Assembly (NCBI RefSeq): GCF_009834535.1
Contig: NC_045699.1
Span: 73,160,001-73,224,000 of the forward strand
Origin: Camelus ferus
Taxonomy: Eukaryota
DNA: 64,000 nt
Reading direction: 5' to 3'
Position numbers and translations under genes: made by a program. The notes under the pieces are model-generated. The model was not told where the DNA came from and made no database searches. It saw only the letters and a program-made list of their open reading frames with translations. Numbering within the stretch: position 1 is the stretch's first letter; each line of letters begins with the position of its first letter. Positions 49,828 to 62,100 of the stretch are shown piece by piece.

Positions 49828-52800
49828 TCACAGCTGTTGCGGGCCGTCCAGGGCTGGGCTGGGGGCCGGGGGCCGGCTGTCCTGGGCTACGCTCTCCCAC
49901 TCCTTCCTCACCGAGACATACAGCCTCATCGCTGCCTGTGCGTCCTGAACCTGGGGGACACGGAGGGTCATCGTGACTGTTCCACCGGGGACAGGCACAG
50001 ACACACAGGGCGGGTGAAGGAGAAAAGTGATGTAGCCTCACCGTACTTCTGCACCCCCAGCGCCCCCACTCATGGAAGGAAGGAACCCAAAGAAAGGAAG
50101 GGACAAACGTGCCGCCCAGAAAGGCGCGCTGGACCCCATGGAACGAGGACCAGATGGGAGGCGTGGCGGGCTCAGGGCCCGGCGCTGGGCGCAAAGAGCC
50201 CAGGGGGCTGAGGCCGCGGGGTGGTGGGGTTCCGCGGGCCGCCAGCCTATCCCGCAGTCCTAGAGAGCCTTCAGCCCAGACCCAGGACTTCTTCGATGGC
50301 AGTGCACTTGCGGGTTTCTCACGGTGAGTGTGAATCAGCTAAACGCAACCACTTAGAGCTTAATCAGCGCCGTGCGGCCCGTGGCGCCACGCCATTTCTC
50401 ACAGCCGGCAGCCTCCTAAAAGGCGCCTGAGCCCCGAGGTGTGTGCGTCGGGTGACAGACACCTGCCTCCGAGGCTGGGCAAGGCCCCCACTCCCGGGGA
50501 CTGTCAGGCGGGACACACTCACCGAACAGTGCTCCGCCTGCTGCACCTGGATCCCCAGGATCTTCTCTGCAAGCAGCTTCAGAGATGGCCGTCCACTCTG
50601 TCAGGGGAGAGGGCAGCACACAGTGGCCCTGGGGCGGGTGGGGGGGGGCTGCACCGGGCAGGGGGTTCGCCTGCTGACCCCCAACCCCAGCGACCTTCAG
50701 TGTGCCTTCCAGTGGAAGTGCCAGTGGCCCCGGGGGCTGGTGACACCCAGGTCAGCCAGTGGAGGGGACCAGGAAGGACCCTGCACCTCAGCCTTCCAGG
50801 GGCAGCTCTGCCGCTGGAACAGGCCACATGGCGGCTTCTTCCCCGCAGTCGGGGCTCTTGTCACAGGTCAGAGGGGACTCACCGGCCCTCAGGGACATGA
50901 ACTTTGAGATTGGCATGCAGCAGAACTCTCCTTTTTAAGATGCCTTTCAGTTTTAAAGGTTAAAAGGAAAAACCAAACCAAGCCAAAACCCCCTTAACAA
51001 GCCAGCCAGCCTCCAGGGACCAGAACCGAGGACCGTGCGCACCGCGACACCTCCCCCCTGCACAGGGCTGCGCTGACTCCAAGCACCTTCACTTGGCTCC
51101 TGAAAGGCTTGTACTTCTGAGTGTCCCGGATTTTCTTCTTTGGGTGACCCAGGAACAGCGCCTGGAGGGAGAAAACACGACGGGGGCCTCACCGTTCACC
51201 TGCTGTGACGGAACCCCCAATTCCAGCAACGACACACGTTCCCGCACAGATGAAATGAGGTGCTGACGACAGCCTGAACGTCTGGGAGAAAACCACCCTG
51301 GGGAGGAGGCCCTCGAACCACGAACCACGGGGCTGAAACAGCCTTGAGGCCGGGAAGCTGGAGCCGAGGAACCAGCAGCCAACTTGTCTGTTTTCAGTTG
51401 GTGTCACACACACAGTGAGGCGAGAACAGAGCCGGTTTCAGCAGCTCAGCACACGGCCGCGGGACAGGCCTCGGGGGAGGTCTGAGTCCATCCAAGTTAC
51501 CAGGGACGGAGAGGGCGCGAGGAGGGAGCAGGGCACCGGGCCCCTGGGGTGAGAATCACCCCAACAAAGTGTGCTTCTGTGAGCAGAGGACTTGTTAGTT
51601 TTTAACGGTTAAAAACTTACTTTTAAAAGGCACGTAAGACCAACACTTCCCAGTCCCTGAGACGTGGGAGGATTCCAGGGTCCCAGAGGACGTGGAAAAG
51701 CTCCAGGTCCAGGGAGGACAGGCTCCCACCCTGCCTGCCCTGAGCTTCCCACCCGAACCGGAGGGTCAGCTTTGCCCACAGCAGGACCCTGCAGGGCAGA
51801 GGCTGAGGCCGCGCCCTCTGGGCCTCGGTAAGGGGGCCTTCTGAGCTTGCCTGCCGCCCTCTGAGCTGGCCGTGGTGGGCCAGCCTGTGAGGTGGGGGCT
51901 GCCTGGTGGCTTCGAGGGAATGGTCACCAGGGAAGCTCTGCCCTGAGAGGAGCTGCAGCCTGTCCAGCGGGTGTGCGGGTGGTGTGCGGGGAGTCGGTCC
52001 ACCAAGCTGACACGTGGGCATGTCACTCAGTGCACGAACCAAGCATGACTGCCTTAGACGCTGTGTTCCACAGAAGGCCAGCGCGGCCGAGGCGCACGCA
52101 GGGCCCAAGCAGCTGGTGTCAGCAGCCGGTACCTTCAGATCATTGTGCAGCGCGTGTCCGACCAGAATCCGGCCCTTCAGCAAGCCTGCCACTTCCTTCT
52201 GGACAACTTCAAATTCTTCTCCTGGAATCAAAACAAGGAAGTAATTTTTATCAACACGTAAGTCACTGTTTCTGAGAGGGAGAGGCCACCACCCTAGGTC
52301 AGGACTCAGAGGGCCGGCAGTTAGAGATTCTGGGCAGGGAGGCCAGTGATGCCAAAGCCCAGGGGCTGTCTCAGCTGCCCCCCTCTTCCCCAGGGAGAAG
52401 GGAGGGGCGCACACCCACTGTCACCTGGCGGAGTGACCCTGACTGCTGAATCTAATAGAAACCAGGGCCTGTGTTTGATGTCCTTGCAACTGGACATAAA
52501 AACAAAGGGTGGGGGTCCCCTCACCACAGATGGTGAGAAGCCCCACTCCAGACCCCGGGCTCCGGAGGAGGCCTGCCTGCTTTCTCCGAGCAGACCCTCT
52601 GGGGGCCCCCCTTCCCCTCCTCCCAAAGGGAGGGGCTGCGGGAACCGAGCTTGTGCCCTGTGATTCTGTCCGCTCTAAGCCAAGAAAGACTGGCAGAGCC
52701 TGGGCTGGAGATGCGCATGGGCCCTGGGGCCGTGAGTGGGAGAAGCTGAGAGGTGCAGAGAGCAGAGACCACACGGCCTGAGAAAGCAGGGCAGTGGCCA

Positions 52801-55800
52801 CAAGCGCCTGCGTCCAGGACCTCCCCCGAACTCTTCGGGCCTTCGCTCCCGCCAGCACAGCCAGTCCCTTGGCAAACCCGACAGACTCAGCCTCTGAGGT
52901 GTGTCCAGAGCTGGGCCACAACTTGTCACCTTTAACGGTCACCTCCAGCTCACACTCATCTGCCCCATCCCCAGTCCTGCAAAGAACCTGCAGGGACCTG
53001 GGCCGGACCTCGCCTCTCACTGCCCACGGGCCCCCCAGAGTCCTCACGAAGGTCCGTCAGACCCCACAGTCTGCGCACCTCCCCGGCCACACCCTCCACT
53101 GGCCTCCTGCCCTCACTCTCTCCATCCTGCCGCCAAGTCACAGAGTGCCTCAGAACAGCGTCCTGGTCTGGAGGCTGGCAGCCAGGAGGCAGCAAGGAAG
53201 ACCCGAGAGCTTGGCCCCCACCGCACCCCCGCTAGCCAGCTAGGAAGCACCCGCAGAAGGGAACAGGTGGAGGAACACGAGCGTGCCACTGCCACTCCCG
53301 CCTCCGAGCACCACCCACCCTGCGCGAGGTCCTCGGGCCGGATCCCGCTGACCGCTGTCCTGTAGTCAGTCACCAACTGGGTCGGCTTCACGAACTTGTC
53401 ATAAACACACTTCCCATACTGGTTCACCAGGGACACGCGGGCGGCGATGCTCTCGTCCCCCTGGGGGCCCACACCCACCATCTCACAGTCCAGGGCTAAG
53501 GCTTTGGTCAGGCTGAAGGGAACCAAGGCTCCGACTTAATGCATGCGGCGGGGGGACCAGGGAACAGGCACCGCCGCCCCCCACAGTGACAGGCCCTGTG
53601 CCGACATGGGTCTCAGCAGGACACTGAGAGGTGCCCGCCCAACCCACCGGAGGGGAGGGACGGCTCCTTCCCCGAAAACCCCCGCTCTCTGAGGCCGAGT
53701 GCGCCCTGCGTACCCACTGAAGGCCCGCTCCTTCACCAGCGTGGCGCTGCTCTTGCTCTGACCCAGCTGCTTCCTCGCTATGTCGGCTGCCTCGGGGCCG
53801 ATGGCCGCTTCAATATCCTCCGGGTCCACATCATCAAACCAGATGTCTTCCCTGAAAGGCAGAGCGAGCAGGCTGGGCGCGCCGGCGGCGGCCACGGCTC
53901 CTGCAGTCAGGCCCCAGGTGCCAGGCCCACCTCTGTGACCATCTCAGCACCTTCCCCCATCACGCTTCTTTTTAATTAAAAAACACACTCACTATCCAAA
54001 ATTCAGAGCTACAGAGCAACACACAACACAAAACAGAAATAGAGACCCCCACCCAGGTGTAACGGCTTCTGGTGTTTCCTTTCTAATTACAACACAAATT
54101 CTATTGTAATCAAACATTTACGAGACTCAAACACGACTGTCCAGCATGGACACAGACCCCCCCACCCCACTTGGTGCCACGCCCTGCAGACACGGATGCC
54201 CGGGCAGGAGCGCACACTTCTGCCTGCTGAGTATGTCTTTTGGACTCAGCTTCCACGTCATCTCCTTAGAGATGGGTCCCTGAACAGACGCGCTCCCCTG
54301 GCCCTACGCTCCCACAGACTTCTCCCTCGCTGGATTTATCCCGACCACACTGAGCGAATTGCTGAAATAATCTCAGTGTCTCGTCCATCTCCTCTGCTTG
54401 GCTGCCCCCCCAGGAGGGAGCGACCCATCAGGGCCACTCTATTTCCAGACAATGGACCTGGCACATGACACAGGGCAGGCACTGAAACCCCTGTCTCCTA
54501 AAACCTGTGCCCACTGTGACCTCAACACCCAGGCAACAGGCAGCCAGCCAGCCCAACTTACGCCTCCAGCTGAGCCATTCGGGGGAACCACTGACCTCTG
54601 GTCCCCACCCCCACCCCCATGTGAGTGACCATCCCAGTGTTTGCTGAGTAACCAGCAGGCACAGGTCAGCCCGCTGCACCTCACAGGCCCACCACACAGG
54701 ACAATGCAGAGGCTCAGGGCACGTAGGAGCTTGCCCCCAACCACCCAGTGAGCAAGACCCAGGAATCGGTTTCAGGTCAGAGTCTTTCTGGCTTTGGCTG
54801 TCACCTCCCTCTTGGCAAGGATGACTGCGGCAGACTGCAGCCCAGGCTGGCGGAGGCCGTGGGCACTTACTCGGTGGGTGGGGCTGGGGCCGAGGTGGCG
54901 GTCGCCTCCTTAGCTTTCCGCTTCTTATGCTTGATGTCTCCTCGCTTCAGAGAAATGTTCCCATTGGTCCTCTTCTTGGCTGCTTTCTCACTGTGCCGCG
55001 ACTGCCCGCTGTGCTGTGTGTGAAGTGCAGGCATCTTCCTGTCCGGTGGTGATCCTGGGGGAACAGAGCCCCCTGTGGCCTCCTGGTCTGTGTCTTCTGT
55101 CCCCATCTCAGCCCTCTTTGCTTTATCTGGGATCGACTTCCTGTTCTGCTGGACACTTCGGGGCTGCTTTTTGGAATCCATCTGAGAGAGACCAAGAGGC
55201 TCTTTCCGGGTCTGTGATTTCTGCTTCAGCAGCTAATGGAACCCAAGATAAGATACGTGACACGTTTTCACTTGGAAATCACGCACAAGAAACTGAAAAC
55301 ACGTCTATGTACGTGCGTAAAAGCAACCTGTTCTCACATTTATCGTTATTTTACAGGTAACTCCCAGCTTTGGCCAAAAAGCTGGGGCACGGAAATCACT
55401 TCCTTTCTCAGATTTCATGGTTTGCTACTGCCATGAGGGTCTCAGGAAGAGAGGGGTGTGTCCAGTGACAGGTGGCTGAAGGGCTGGCAGCCACACCCCT
55501 GCTCTTCCGCACGGAGGGCTGAGGCCTTCCAGCCCCATCTCCTCTGGTGTGCGAGTCCTCAACCTGGCTGCTCTCTACATGGTTAAGACCCTGCCACACA
55601 CGTGGCTGAGATGATGAGGTGGCTTTCCACTTTCCTGTTCCCATAACATTTAAAGAACAGAAGTATTGCCTTTCTTGTATGAACGAGAGAAAACTCAAGG
55701 TTTTTGTCACAGTAAACATCCCTCTGCTCCACTTAATTTTGCTTTATTTTCTTGAAAGAGACAGACTTACAGTTTAAGAAATCAGAGGACCCTGGGGGTG

Positions 55801-56895
55801 CCCTAGAGAAATTCACTCATCCGGGAGAAATATTTGGACTCCTGCCCTAAGATGCTGGGCCTGGTTAAGAAATTCAAAAGCTCTTCTCTGTTCTCTCTCA
55901 CTTCCTCTGAGGCTCCGTAACGGACTCCAGAAACTTGCAGAAGACACTCTGAAGGTCGGTGGTAGCAAAGAGCACAAACTGAGGCCCAACCATGGGAACC
56001 TGTCCCCCAGCCCACTAACTAGCTGTGTGGTCACACGGTTCCTCAAACTCCCTGCTTCAATCTCCTCATCTGAAAAACAGCAGCTAACTCCAAGGAGGCG
56101 CAGAGAATTTGTGAGTGAAGTACGTGTAACAGCATCTAGCAGACGGTAACCCATACATGAGTTCTGACCACTGATGTCAAGAAAGGCAGTAGGTATAACT
56201 CTGCATTGACAGCAGGGATCTTGGCGTCTGACTCCTGGTTCCGCCGACCTGGCTGCAACCCTGGATAATTTACTTAACCTTTCTGGGCCCATTTCCTCTT
56301 TTGTAAAATGTAGATGATAAAGGACTCTGTCTCACAGTGTTGGTATTGAGCTAAATAAGAACACACATGGCTCATCCCGCCGTGTCTGCACACTTTAAGG
56401 TCAGCATCTGGGCGCAGGAGTTATCAACCATCATCTGTTAAAGACCCAGAGCACTGAAAGAATCCTCGACATCAACTTCCTGCCACTTACTCGCCCACGA
56501 GCTCGCTGCCTCCCCCAGAGGCCACTTCTCCTGTGAACGGCGCTGTCCGCACAGTCTCCACTCCAATCCGCCTCCACAGCGCCCTTCTGGGGCCCCGCAA
56601 GCCCTGCTCCCTCTTCCACTGCGGTGACCGGGGAAAGAGCGGCGCGGTCCGCGGGCCCCCTCGCTCTTACCTCCTGCAGCGCCTTCCAGTTTTGGGAAAA
56701 GTCTTCTGGTGCCTTTGGAGGCCGCACCGCGACGCCTCCGGCGTCGTTTCCCGGCTTCTCGCCTACTTCTCGCGCTTTGTTCTTCCAGAATCTTTTCTTC
56801 TTCATCTTCTTCCGAGTCGGCTTTCTGACGAGCCCCGGCCCAGGCGCGGGGTCGACCGCGGCGCGCTTGGGGGTCAGCGGCGTCGTCTTCGCCAT
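49828..56895 (-). CDS. REXO4: RNA exonuclease 4 (DEDDh 3'-5' exonuclease), 426 aa. Exons 56671-56895, 54871-55232, 53714-53851, 53319-53512, 52133-52221, 51087-51161, 50523-50597, 49828-49950
   Basis: Exon sum 1281 nt. Basic N-terminus KKMKKKRFWK, FSQNWKALQE, DIWFDDVDP. ExoI ALDCEMVG, ExoII VGHALHNDLK, ExoIII HCSVQDAQAAMRLY. Confidence 0.98.
55980..56440 (+). mobile_element. Two MIR fragments in REXO4 intron 1
   Basis: cccagcccactaactagctgtgtggtc...ctcctcatctgaaaa and ttacttaacctttctgggcccatttcctcttttgtaaaatg. Confidence 0.6.
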
Positions 56896-57520
56896 CCCGG
56901 CCTCGTCCCTGGTCCCTGCGCCCGTTCACGGCGCCTCGCCGCGGCCCCGGAGCCGGGCTCTGCCCGCCGAGCACAGGCCCCGGCCAGCCCCCGACTCGCC
57001 CGCTGGGGGGTACACCCGCGCCCGGGACCCCGGAAGCGACCCCGCGAGCGCCTCGGCACGTGCGCCCCGATCCCCGGAAGTGCTCTTCTTTCCCCGACCG
57101 GCTGGAAACCTCGCCTTCGCCTCTGGTTCCGGACGAGCGGAAGGTGGGCGGAGCTCTTCGCCCCCAGAGGAAAGGGGCGGCCGGCCACCTCGACGAGCGG
57201 CCTCCGCGGTCGGCGACCTAGGGTCGGACTAGGGGGATCCCGGGATCTCGCCGAGAGCGGAGATGGGGCCGAGACGCGAGCGCCGGAAGGGCACGGGGGG
57301 CCGCCGTCGCTGTAGCACCGCGGCCGTGCCGCCGGAGCGCAGGGCGCGGGCGGCCGCAAGGGGGCGCTGGGCCGCCGGGCCGGGCGCGATCGGCGCGGCC
57401 CGGAGGGCGCGCTGGTCCCGGGCGCCCCGGCCCAGCCTCCCCGGCTCTGGGGGCCCCTCTTCCCCACGCAGCGGGGAACGGAGGCCCAGGGGCGCGGAGG
57501 AGGAACCAGGGTGCACGGAG
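56550..57520. promoter_or_regulatory. REXO4 CpG-island promoter
   Basis: CpG-dense. ETS/GABP motifs CCGGAAGC at 57030-57037 and CCGGAAGTG at 57074-57082. Confidence 0.85.
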
Positions 57521-57793
57521 CTATCGGGCTGCAAAGGCGCTTCAACGACATCCAGTAACAGCAGGAGAGGACTGTGACAGCGCCGTGCAGTGTTTCATTT
57601 TGCGGCAACAGCAATGAACGGCTGGCCCGCGGGCTTGGCCCTGCCGGTACCCTGATAAACACCACCCGCGAGGCGCCCGCTCCAGCCTCCATGAGTGCGT
57701 GGGGCTTTCAGGGAAATACAGGTCATAATCTGGATAGCAGTAACTACTACGAAGATGATAAAATGAGACGCCGTGGTGGACACTGAGGAGGCG

Positions 57794-57985
57794 CAAGGCT
57801 GCCAAACAAAATGCGGGACACCCAGAGAAACGGGACTTTCAGATAAAGAGTAATTTTTGCTGTAAGTATGTCCCATATAGTAGTTGCAATGTTTGGGTTA
57901 TACTTAAACACCAAAGGGAAAAATTTATCCATTGTTTATTGCAAAATTCAAATTTCACTGCTGTCCCGATTTTTGTTTCCTAAAT
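57794..57985. mobile_element. MER53-like palindromic non-autonomous DNA transposon
   Basis: caaggctgccaaacaaaatgcgggacacccag...ttcagataa...taagtatgtccca...ttgtttattgcaaaattcaaatttcactg follows the recalled MER53 consensus. Confidence 0.7.
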
Positions 57986-57999
57986 GCGTCCCACCAGGT

Positions 58000-58120
58000 A
58001 CACTTAGATGATACCATGAGGGAGGTGACATTTGAAGTGAAACTTGAATGTGAACCACAGGCAGACGGAATAGCAAAGCAGTGGGTGTGTTTGAGGGACA
58101 GAAAGCCGGCTGGTAGGGGT
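58000..58120 (-). mobile_element. L2 LINE fragment
   Basis: gagggaggtgacatttgaagtgaaacttgaatg...gtgtgtttgagggacagaaag. Confidence 0.55.
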
Positions 58121-58241
58121 CAAGGTCTGTGAGCACCGAGGGGAGGGCAGGAGATGCAGGAAGTGGGCCGGGCCGGGCCGGGTCGGACTGGGGCTGGACC
58201 GGGGCTGGACCATGGATGACAGGGCCTCAGAGGCTCAAGAC

Positions 58242-58606
58242 TTTTTTTTTTTTTTTAATGTTTTAATTTTTTTATTTTATTTTTTTTATTGAACTACCAT
58301 GAGTTAACGCTGTGTCACTCTCTGGTGTACGGCACAATGTCCCAGTTGTGCATATACATACATATGTTCATTTTCATATTCTTTTTCATTAAAGGTTGTT
58401 ACAAGATATTGAACACAGTTCCCTGTGCTATACAGCAGTTGCTATACTTTTTAAAAAATGTATTTTTATGTATAGTGGCTAACATTTGTAAATCTCAAAC
58501 TCCCAAATTTATTCCTTCCCACTCCCTTTCCCCAGTAACCATAAGATTGTTTACTATGTCTGCAAGTTTGTTTCTGTTTTGTAGATGAGTTCATAGTGTC
58601 CTTTTT
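58242..58606 (-). mobile_element. L1 LINE 3' end with poly(A) tail
   Basis: Poly-T, then tttattgaact...ctctggtgtacggcacaatgtcccag...attgaacacagttccctgtgctatacagc...gtttctgttttgtagatgagttca. Confidence 0.85.
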
Positions 58607-59147
58607 CAGGACATTTTATTCTAAGGAGAAAGGGGGAGCTATCGATTGTTTTGAGGCTGGGGAGTTATGAGATGGGATGGGAACGGGGAGTGAGAGAGCG
58701 AGCAGGGAGTTAGGGGCTCAGTCCAGATGCCCAGGCCAGCGACGAGGCCGCCAGGATGCAGGCAGTGTGCCAGTTTGGGTCTCTGGGAAGCAGCCACAGA
58801 GACAGAGTTAGGAATGCGCAACATTAATCGGGGCAGGATAAAGGGGACGTGCAGGCTGAGCTGGGACTCAGACCACAGACTGAGGCCTGACAGGAAAGTA
58901 GACCAGCGCAGTTGGGTGGGTAGGTGTGTCCTTCCTGGTAGCAGAGGGTGAGAGGGGGGCGGGGCAGGCAGGCAGCCCAGCCCCCCACCCCCACCCCCGG
59001 CCCCTGCCCTGGGAAGAAGCTCCTAAGAGTAAACACGGCCTAATCCTCCAACCCAGCGGGGTCTGTCTCATTCCACACTGCCCAGACTTCAGTCGCCACG
59101 GCTCTCCCTCCCTGGGCCGACAGGAGGGCCGGCAGACTTTCCCGAGG

Positions 59148-62100
59148 ATGAGGACGCGTGAGCTTCGCCTCCTGGGGAGATGTGCGCGGGGAATTCTCAC
59201 TTCTGTGCTCTTCCTCCTGGGCTGCTGGGGCCTCTCCGATTTCCAGCAGGTGGGTGGTCCTGGAGGAGCGGTGGTGCCGGGGGAGCCTGAGCACTGGGAA
59301 TTAGTCACAGCTCTACTGGGTGCCGAGGGCAGATCCCCTAGAGAGAGGGGGCAGAGTGGGAGGAATCTGAACTTGAGGTTCAGGGGACGAAGTGTGCTCC
59401 CTGGAGAAGGAGTTGGCCTCTCAGTACCGTCTGTCCGGCTGGTGAAGGGCACACGCTGTCCACACCAGGGTGAGTGGCTCTCATCCGCCTCTCCATCCTG
59501 CGGCCCCTTCTCTCTCCCTCTCCCCTCTATGCCTGCTCCGTGCCTAGCCCCCTCCCACCTCCCTCCCCTCATTCATCCTCTCTGTTCCACAGCAATTTCT
59601 TCAGGCTTTGGAGCCAGAGGAAGTGATGGCTTACTTTGGCCCTGCCGCTACCTCCGAAGGTACTAGTCCTGGAGTCTTCGTAGCTTGGGGAGTTTCTCAG
59701 GGCCTGCGGGGGTGCCGTTGAGTCAGGGGTCTCGGCTTTGTGGTGGCTGGGCTGGGAGGCGGTCAGAGCCCCTGCGGTCACCCCTGTTAATTAACTCCAC
59801 TACTTCCTGCCAAGTCGATAAAAACGGGTCTGTGTGTTCTGGGCCGAGCGCGGGTTCTGACCCTGGGGTTCTGCTCGGCATCTGGAGATGGCCGCTAATT
59901 AGCTGGCCCTTCCATGCCTGGGCCCCCGGGGCTGACTGATTGTCAGCAGCTCTTGTGGTCTCTGGCCGTGGATATAAACATTTATCCCTTCTGTGAGGAG
60001 CAACACGCACACTGGGTCAAGCTCCAGCCACAGCCTTTCCGCACTCGTTGCTCGTGGGCTGTGTCCGTGGACTTCTCGGGGTGCTGGCCCCCTTTCCAAG
60101 TAGGGCTGTTGGTGACTTTGATCCAAAAGCTGGTGGGCACCAGGGGCAGAGTGGGCTAGTGGTCAGGGTGGGGCAAATTAGCGATGTCCAGTTGTGACTG
60201 ACTTCTCTGTGGCCTGGGTCGGGTACAGCCCGGTCAGTGCCCGGGGCTGTGCCGGAGGGCCGGGGCGGGGGGCGATTAACTGCGGTGTGGGGGCCGGGAG
60301 CTTGAGTGTCTCATACTGCAGCTCCCTGGAGGGTCAGGAGACCACAGCCTGGGGCCCCCATGGCCGCCGGGGGCTGCACTGGGGTGAGGAGACGGTGGAC
60401 CAGGGCGGTGGGGCCGGTCCCGGGCTCCTGCTTTCCACTGAGGCCATGCTTGCTCCGCTTCTCCTGCCGGGGCTTAGGGCTTCACTCATGAGACACGTGT
60501 TCCAAGGCTGGCCTGGCCCCGCAGCATCGAGCTGCCCCTTGCCTGAGCTGGAGGAGCGGGATGTGAACCTGGGCTCCTGGGCTCCAGGGCTCCAGGCCAG
60601 CGCGCCTCCCCACTGATTCTCTCCAAAGGGAAGAACTCTGGGCCCCTCCCCAGAGCACGAGGGCCCGGACGGCTGACAGGTGGGTGAGGGGTCTCCTGTC
60701 TCCCGCAGTGCCCCAGTTTGACGTGGCCCCGCTCACCTGTGTCTGTGAAGAAGAGGATGGGGACAGGCAGGGAGGAGCACCCTGCGGGCCCCCACGCTGC
60801 TCCCTGCCAGCCCTGGGACAGCTCTTCTCCTTCTCCTTCCGGCCCCGGATGGGCCTCCTCGCTGCCTCCTTCACCAGCGAGCGTGTGGTGAACGCCTCCC
60901 TCCGGCTGCTCAGGGGCCCCCCCCACCCCTGCTTCACGGGAGGCCGCACCTTGCTGCCCTTGGGCGCAGCAGCCAGGCTCACCTACTGCTCGGGCCGTGT
61001 GGTGAGTGGGCGCCCTGGCTGGCATCGGGGAGAGGTTGTGGCTGGTGGGACCCCGTGGTGCAAACATGCCCCCCCAGCCCCCACTGCACAGCCACACGAG
61101 AGAGCAGCACCACGTAATTCTTAGCCTGCCGTCGGACCCCTCGGGGGCCTGTTCCAGGGAGGCTCAGAAAAGCCAGCTGAGTCTCCCCAGGCCCCTAGCT
61201 AGCAGGTGGCCGAGCTGGGTACAAGGACCTTGGCCCATCACTCCGCCGGACCTCAGCGTCGGCACCAAGAGATGGTGAAGACAGCACCCGCCTCATGGGT
61301 AGCTGTGAGGACTGGTGTCACACATTGTCACAGGGGGTCACTCAGTGAGCCAGAGCCATTTATGTCATTACACACACCCCCCACCCTGAGCCCTGGGTCA
61401 AGACAGATGCCATTCAGGGTCCATCTGCTGTTCTTTAGCACAGGCCTAGCCAGTCCCTCAAGACCCCTCCTTTCCTGCACCTGTGGGGCCTGCCGGGGTC
61501 TTCACCAGGCCCTGCAGACGGGGGCCTGGAGGCTGTGTGCATGATGGGAAGTGGGAATGTGGCAGTGGGGGCTGGCAGCAGGTGACAGGCAGTGAGCACC
61601 GCCCAAGAGGGCTTGGGTCCCACGCCGTCCCCCACAGATGGGCTCCTCGACCCTGGACTTGGAGAGGGCTCAGGGCCAGTCCATGCCCGGTGCTGGGATG
61701 GCCCAGAGAGGCCCCCCTGCAGCGGGTGGGGCGGGGGCTGTGTGCACCAGGCTGCTCTCTCCTTTCCAGGAGGGTGACATCGTGGTGGGTGGAGACAGGC
61801 TCTACATCCAGCCATTGAAGAGGCAGCACCGGGAGCTGGTGCCACCCTGGGGCGGTGCTCAGCCCCACCTGATCCACAGGTCCAACCCCACGGTGCACCC
61901 GGCCCTTGTGGTTCCAGGTACAGCTCCTGGGAGAGGGAAGGCGGAGCTGCTGGCAGGGACAGCCTCAAGGGGCCCAGGGGCACCAGCTCTCCTGATGCCT
62001 GGGGGCTGCGCAAAACGCCCCCCAACTCCACAAGCCACCTTCTTTAGCATGCAGGGGAGTGCCGGCTCGCGGGGCCACCAGCCGTGCCCCAGACTGTCTG

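Noticed and set aside
61876-61885. Alternative donor CACAG|GTCCAA for ADAMTS13 propeptide exon B
   Set aside because: Poor consensus and phase 2, incompatible with the phase-1 acceptors of the next exon; the donor at 61917 fits.
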